From Saprolegnia diclina VS20 (lineage: Eukaryota): DNA of 39,522 nucleotides. The stretch spans positions 70,372-109,893 of the forward strand of contig NW_008246107.1 in NCBI RefSeq assembly GCF_000281045.1, written 5' to 3'. Below the pieces are notes generated by a model. That model did no database searches. It saw only the letters and a program-made list of their open reading frames with translations, and was not told where the DNA came from. The position numbers and the translations under genes were made by a program. Below are positions 34,005 through 39,522 of the stretch, piece after piece (within the stretch, counting starts at the first letter, position 1; the number at the start of each line of letters is the position of its first letter).

Positions 34005-35948
34005 ATGGCCGCCGTCAACGTGCTCGTATCGCCGGACCTTCTCGGTGGCATCCTTGCCTACCAAGACGGACTACCATTAGCCCTCTTGGACCTTTGCCGT
34101 CTTGTCGATACCATTCGACTCGTGCCGAGCAGTCGCCTCGCCCATAAATCGCCCAACAGCGTCCTCACCAACGTACCAGCTCGCTTTGCACGCTTGCCGT
34201 ACTTGTCTCTCTACCCACAGCCCACGACGACGCTCGCGACTGACGCTCTATTTGTGGCGCCTCACGTCATCGACCCGGCGCTGCCGCTGCACCTCTCGGT
34301 AGTCGAAGGCAGCCTCTCGCACGTGCGTCAGTGGCTCGCATCGGCACCGCACTTGTGCACGTCCGGTACGCTCGAGCTCGCGGCCGCAGCGTCCCAAGAG
34401 CCCGTGTTGCGGCTTTTGCTTCGCAGCTTTCCCCATTTACGGACTCACAAGGTCATGGACCTTGTGGCCATGTCGGGCGATCTGCCACTGTTACGATACC
34501 TCGACGAGCGCGGCGCCGCCTGCTCGACTGCCGCCATGAACGGCGCTGCCATGCACGGTCATCTCGAAGTCGTTCGGTTTCTTCACGCTGCCCGAAGCGA
34601 AGGATGTACGGCGGCGGCAGCGACGGCAGCTCTCGTGCACGGCCACGCCGACGTGCTTCAATTCCTGCTTGCGCATCGCACGGAAGGTGTCAACCCGGAT
34701 TTGACGTACTCGGTCCCGTTCCACGGGCGTGTCCGTACTCGCCGTGTGGTCGGCACGGAGTTTCTAGTGGCGGTTCAGTTAGCGACAGCCATCCCGCCCC
34801 ACCGCGCTGGTGAAGAGACGGGATCGCAGCTTGCGGTCCCCATCAAGGTTCACGTCTCCCAGCCGATATTAAACATGGCGATCGCGCGCCAAGATGCGGC
34901 GGTGCTTTGCTTTGCGCTGGATGCGCTCGAAGATGTGGCATGGCTCCCACAGGACGATGTGCCCGGCGTCGACGAGTGCGACCGCTGGAAGGCCTCGCTC
35001 GACCTCGCAGCGTTTTACGGGGACCTGTTCACGGTACAGCGCCTTTACAAACGAAGTCGGGCGTCCGAGCGCGCTATGGTCTACGCTAGCTACCGTGGAC
35101 ATCTGCACGTGCTTGAGTGTCTAGCCGAGCAAAAGTGCTTGAATGATGCGTGGCCGCAAGATGCGCTAGTTCTCGCGGCGGCGCAAGGACACTTGCATAT
35201 CGTCCAATGGCTCGTCACGCACGGATATGGCCTCGGCAGTTGCGACGCCGCACTGACGACGGCGGCCTACCGTGGCGACGTGGCGCTTGTTACCTGTCTG
35301 GCACCACTGGTACCTCCGTCAGACGACAAGGACGCACCGCTCGCGTATGTCACCACGTCGCTTCCGCCGCACGATGACCGTCTCGACAAGCGCGGCGACT
35401 ATGTCACGGGATGTGCCGCCGACGCCGCAGCCGCCCAAGGCCACCTGGACGTGGTTCATCTGCTGCAAACGTTTGGTCATGCAGTCTCGCAGCGCGCGCT
35501 GCTCTACGCGATCGAGAATGGCCACGGGAGCGTCGTTGAGCACCTCACAAAAAACGACAGGACGTTCCAGTGCGATGTCAAGACCCTCGTTCGCGCTCTA
35601 CAGCGTGGCCAGAGACGCGTGGTTGCATTCGTCCTGAGACAGAGCGACGTGTCTACGCTGCGTCCGACGGAAGAAGACGTATACCGCTTGTACATTGCGG
35701 CGGCGTCCTCAGGTGACCTTGCGCTGCTGCAATTGATTGGCGACACGTACCGTCGACCGATGACGTCAGCGCTTCCACTGCGCGTGCAAGAACGCATGCT
35801 CGTGAGCGCTGCGACATATGGACGCCTGAATGCGGTCCAGTGGCTTCACGAGATCTTTGGGTTCGTAGCCGTCGCCAGCCTTCGTGCGGTAGCCGACCGC
35901 TTGGGGCACAAGGCGATGCACCGGTACCTTGCTGTGATTCAACCCTAG
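34005..35948 (+). CDS. Ankyrin-repeat protein (~647 aa)
   Basis: Repeated AAxxGHLxVVxxL units (AMNGAAMHGHLEVVRFL, AAAQGHLHIVQWL, AAAQGHLDVVHLL). First ATG is at 34005. Confidence 0.9.
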   Translation: MAAVNVLVSPDLLGGILAYQDGLPLALLDLCRLVDTIRLVPSSRLAHKSPNSVLTNVPARFARLPYLSLYPQPTTTLATDALFVAPHVIDPALPLHLSVVEGSLSHVRQWLASAPHLCTSGTLELAAAASQEPVLRLLLRSFPHLRTHKVMDLVAMSGDLPLLRYLDERGAACSTAAMNGAAMHGHLEVVRFLHAARSEGCTAAAATAALVHGHADVLQFLLAHRTEGVNPDLTYSVPFHGRVRTRRVVGTEFLVAVQLATAIPPHRAGEETGSQLAVPIKVHVSQPILNMAIARQDAAVLCFALDALEDVAWLPQDDVPGVDECDRWKASLDLAAFYGDLFTVQRLYKRSRASERAMVYASYRGHLHVLECLAEQKCLNDAWPQDALVLAAAQGHLHIVQWLVTHGYGLGSCDAALTTAAYRGDVALVTCLAPLVPPSDDKDAPLAYVTTSLPPHDDRLDKRGDYVTGCAADAAAAQGHLDVVHLLQTFGHAVSQRALLYAIENGHGSVVEHLTKNDRTFQCDVKTLVRALQRGQRRVVAFVLRQSDVSTLRPTEEDVYRLYIAAASSGDLALLQLIGDTYRRPMTSALPLRVQERMLVSAATYGRLNAVQWLHEIFGFVAVASLRAVADRLGHKAMHRYLAVIQP

Positions 35949-36075
35949 CAATGGGTGTACCTTTGATCTCCCATGACGACAACAGTAGTCAGCACACGCT
36001 CGATTGGACTGGGGACGAGGCATTTGCGCTCTTGATATAGACCAATAGCATATTACTTAGCGTCGCTTCCACCAA

Positions 36076-37235
36076 CTAATCACACAAATTGATGGACTTG
36101 TGGCAGTGGGGACAGATGGCGTCAATGACACGTCGCGCGGCCGAGTTCTCGATCCACAACTTGGCACAATGCAGATGCATGTGGCCGCAGCCTCTTCTCT
36201 CTATCGCATCGCGAGTGTTGCACAGCACGCACGTGCGAACTTTTGATGGCGCCTGGGCAATAAGGGCGAGGCTGCGCCAAAACGACAAGTTGCACTCACC
36301 ATCGTCAAACAGGATGTAGGCCTTCTGGCTCGGCAGCGTCTTCCAGGGCGATGCCACGTACACACCCGACTCGGACTTGACGCCTTCGTAACGCCACTTG
36401 CACTTGTAAAAGCCACAGGTGCGGGCGACAATGCTGTGACGGCACATGGGACAGTACGCGCGCTGCGCAATGACGTTGAAGGGCCGGAGGCCAATCGGCG
36501 CAATGACCTCCTTCGTGTAAGCGACACACGCGCGGTTCAAGCACGTGCCGTGGAGGTTGAGGCCTTGGCCGACCGCACGCCAGCGCGGCGCCGACAGCGA
36601 AAATGTGACCGTGTGCCGTGCATCCGCGACCTCCACTGTGGCAAACACAGCGGGGTCGCCACCGCCTGGGAGCGGAAGTATGAGCTGCACCACGCACCCG
36701 GCCGTAATGTTGTACTCTGCCAAGTTCCCGTCGTCCGCCAGTTGCTGCCCATCAAAGACGAGGCGCTGCACATCGGGTGGGATGCCTTCCATGTCGGCAA
36801 TCATCTCCTTGACGTCGTCCACAAACGCATGGAGCGACATGTCCAGCGCAATGATCTTGCCCGTGAGCGTCTTGACAAAAACGTAGCTCGTGTAGCGCCG
36901 TTCCTTGAAATAGTCGACTTGCATCCAGTCACAAGCCGCACGCCAAACATGAGATAGCCATAGTCCGTCTCCTCATCGACGCGGACGCAAAGCACCCAGC
37001 GCAGACCGCCCGTGTTGAGCGTCGGCAGTAGTGGCGCCAGCTCGTCCGCATCGCAGAGGACAATGCCATGGAACCGAAGCGCCGAGCTGTGCGCTTGCAC
37101 GCCTTGTGCTTTGAGCTTGGACAGGAGACAGGTTGTGAGGTGGGCGACGAGCTTCAGTGACGCGAGTTCGTCGTCGCTGACGAGCATGATGCTTTTGAGG
37201 CCCCACGAGGTACGGCTAAGCCACCCAATTTGCAT
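36076..37235 (-). CDS. Ubiquitin-like domain + Cys-rich domain + RING-like finger protein
   Basis: VFVKTLTGKII...EGIPPDVQRLVFDGQQL...LPGGG, then CLNRAC..CPMC..CGFYKC, then CVLC..CGHMHLHC..W..CPHC. A putative 38-nt phase-0 intron (36904-36941) joins an upstream 98-codon exon; that exon is less certain. Confidence 0.8.
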
Positions 37236-37245
37236 CCTAGTGAGT

Positions 37246-37259
37246 AAATGAAAGAATGA
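37246..37259 (-). promoter_or_regulatory. Possible oomycete-type initiator (Inr/FPR-like) element
   Basis: TCATTCTTTCATTT lies 10 nt upstream of ATG 37235. Confidence 0.35.
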
Positions 37260-38546
37260 AGTAAAAAACCTCAAAGGAACGCAGGACTGGGATGGGACAG
37301 GTCGCAAGAATGAATCCAAACGACGAAATTAAATTAACGGCCATGTCCTGTCACCGTCCGTCTGATGCATCGCGACCCGTCGGTGGTACTTTGTCGTTAT
37401 AGATGACATGCAGCAGCTCGCCGCATGCAATATGGAAACATCCAATGCCCACTGACCTTGGGTCGAGAATGATGACACGAGTAGGCGATGTGAGTCGATG
37501 GTTTGTCAGACGAAAAGTCTGATGGACAGATAGGAATATCGTGCCTTGTGCTGGGTTTGGACCAGTGGCGCGGCGGACCCTACGGTCGAGTCGACAGATA
37601 TCTTGCTACGTTATTTTGCGAGGTCGAACAGTCACGAGCACCAAGTGCGCGCGAAAGAATCATATTAGCCTTGTCGAGAAGAAAACATAGTCTCTTGACT
37701 TTACTGCCACACTCACGCAAAAGCCGCATGGCAGTCGGGACACGGTCGCGGCTTGGTCGAGGTGCTATTGTTGGAAGCAGAAAAGAACGACCAAGAGTGC
37801 CCGAGTGCGATGCTGTGTAGCCTTGCGTAGCGTTGGCACACTTCGACGACGATTGCACACGCAACGTTGTCGAGCATCAAGCACGTTCCCGCGTCCTAAT
37901 GCCGGAGCCGTCAACCCCGCCTTTGGATTGGCCGTTACCTCGGGCTGTTGGCTTGTGATTGGCGTGAGAGGCCAAGCTGATATGTGCATGCGGCGCAAAG
38001 ATGCAACATCAGTTGCCATACTCGTGGTTAACGACGCACCAAGACTCCAACCAAGAGATATAGTAATATTCAAATAGCCTTCAATCAGACAACACGCGGG
38101 GAGTGCTGCAGTGCGTCTGGTGGCAGTGCCCGGCGACCGCGACGTCCGGCGCCGTTAAATTGGAGTGCATCTCTGGAGACGTGCGAGGGTGGCGCCAAAG
38201 TACTTGGTGTCGCTCGAGTCGACAGCAATCACAAGCGGGGCCTCGCGAAAGGAGAACGCGGATTCGAATGGGACAGGATGCCAAAAGCAACCGCCATCTC
38301 CGCCTGCATTATGCGCGCCGACAAGAGAGCCACGCCCCCATGATGAAACATCGGGTAGCAAGGCAGCATGCAACGACATGTTGCCAAGATCCAAAGCATG
38401 TACCCCGATGTGCCCAATGCGATGCTGTGTCGGGTGGTCGAGTCGTGCACGTGTTGGGACTCGGCGTCGAACATCGATACGTTGGGCCGTTGGGCTTCTT
38501 GCTCGATTGGCACTGCGTGGCATCTCCAGCGGGGCACTCGACAGGA

Positions 38547-38708
38547 AATCTACCAATCGGAAGCGATGCTGAGCTCCTGTGCACCAATCATATCGCGAGA
38601 TAGCACCGAGATTTGCAGGATGCAGTCTGGGAGTACGCAACTTCAATCTACCAATCGCAAGCGACATTGAGTTTCTGTGCACCAATCACATGGCAACCAC
38701 CGAGATTT
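38547..38708 (+). repeat. Imperfect ~65-bp direct repeat (38547-38614, 38645-38708), each copy with two CCAAT
   Basis: aatctaccaatcg.aagcga...tgag...ctgtgcaccaatca.at...caccgagattt occurs twice. Confidence 0.8.
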
Positions 38709-39522
38709 TGGACGAAGCACAAATCGCCTCTCGGAAGCACAGGGACATGGCCCGCCAACCGGCGCTGCGCCAATCGACCACGAAGCGCAAGGCGGCGCCG
38801 TCGGACACGCCGCCTGCTGTGCGCCGCCACGTTGTTGCCGACGTGGCGGGTTCGCGAGCGGTCCCAGCGACAAAACCAGCGACGCTCGAGAAGGTCCATT
38901 GGGACTTTGCGGCGGTGCAACTCCAACACATCAAGCACGGATGGGACAAGGACGTGCTCTCGCTGCTGTGCGACCTCGGCATGTCCAAGCTTGCGTCGAC
39001 GACATGGGCCGACGTCGCGTGCGTCGTCAACCAGAAGCTGGCGGCGACGCGGCGCCACCCGGCCGAAAAAGCCACCAAGGACAACGTTCTGCGCATCTAC
39101 CAGAACCTCCGGCAAAAAATCGACGTCGCATCGAGAGATGCAACAGCGAATGCGCAAACAGGATCGTGCAGAGACTGCTGGCACGCGTCGCGCACTGCCC
39201 AACGTCGTCGACATGATGGCACGCGCTTCGGCAGCGCGCTTGAAGGAGACCACACCCGTCGAAAAAACGTACTGGGATCGCGTCGCGATGCAGTCGTGCC
39301 ATGTCTACGGGTGGTCCACGGAAGCGATGAACCTCATCTACGCTGTGGCAGTGCCCAAGCCACCAGACACGACGTGGGCTGACGTCACATTCGTTGTCCA
39401 GAAGCTTCCCGCGACGACTGGCTCATTGCGCCGCCCGGCCGCGCCGGTTACATTGTCGAAGGTGACGCGCTTGGTGCAGAGAGCGATCGCATATCAACAG
39501 AACGTGCGCGACCGGCTACGAC
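38690..39522 (+). CDS. Partial protein with two tandem Myb/SANT-like units, frameshift at the A6 run ~39114-39119; runs off the window
   Basis: Unit 1 is EKVHWD..GWDKDVLSLL..TTWADVACVVNQKL..YQNLRQK. Unit 2, in the +1 frame, is EKTYWD..GWSTEAMNLI..TTWADVTFVVQKL and is open to the window end. Confidence 0.55.

Noticed and set aside
38320..38460. Possible integrase H2C2 zinc-finger remnant (ESH...KH / KIQSMYPDVPNAMLCRVVESCTC)
   Set aside because: Needs frameshifts, is short, and has no adjoining integrase core; not supportable without a profile search.

Overview
Eukaryotic, GC-rich genomic scaffold with two assembly gaps (6278-6810, 12639-13146) and short GT-AG introns. The gene families and intron sizes suggest an oomycete, probably Saprolegniales (inference). 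The left half (1-20.5 kb) is a dynamic region. It holds an array of five large intronless DUF6604-like paralogues plus two back-to-back 3' remnants, a degenerate 2OG-Fe(II) oxygenase-like gene, and a cluster of nested solo-LTR-like repeats. It also holds a 1.45-kb chromovirus-derived LTR element with a 5-bp TSD whose interior is a ~330-bp foldback. The right half has an unknown 590-aa gene, an intronless T4 Rnl2-family RNA ligase, a divergent NudC-family / WW-RBD-C2 PI3-kinase pair, three tandem zeta-class GSTs, an ankyrin-repeat gene, a ubiquitin-like/Cys-rich/RING-like gene and a partial tandem Myb/SANT-like gene. Two families of palindromic motifs recur upstream of genes. All family assignments come from motif recognition by eye; no searches were run.
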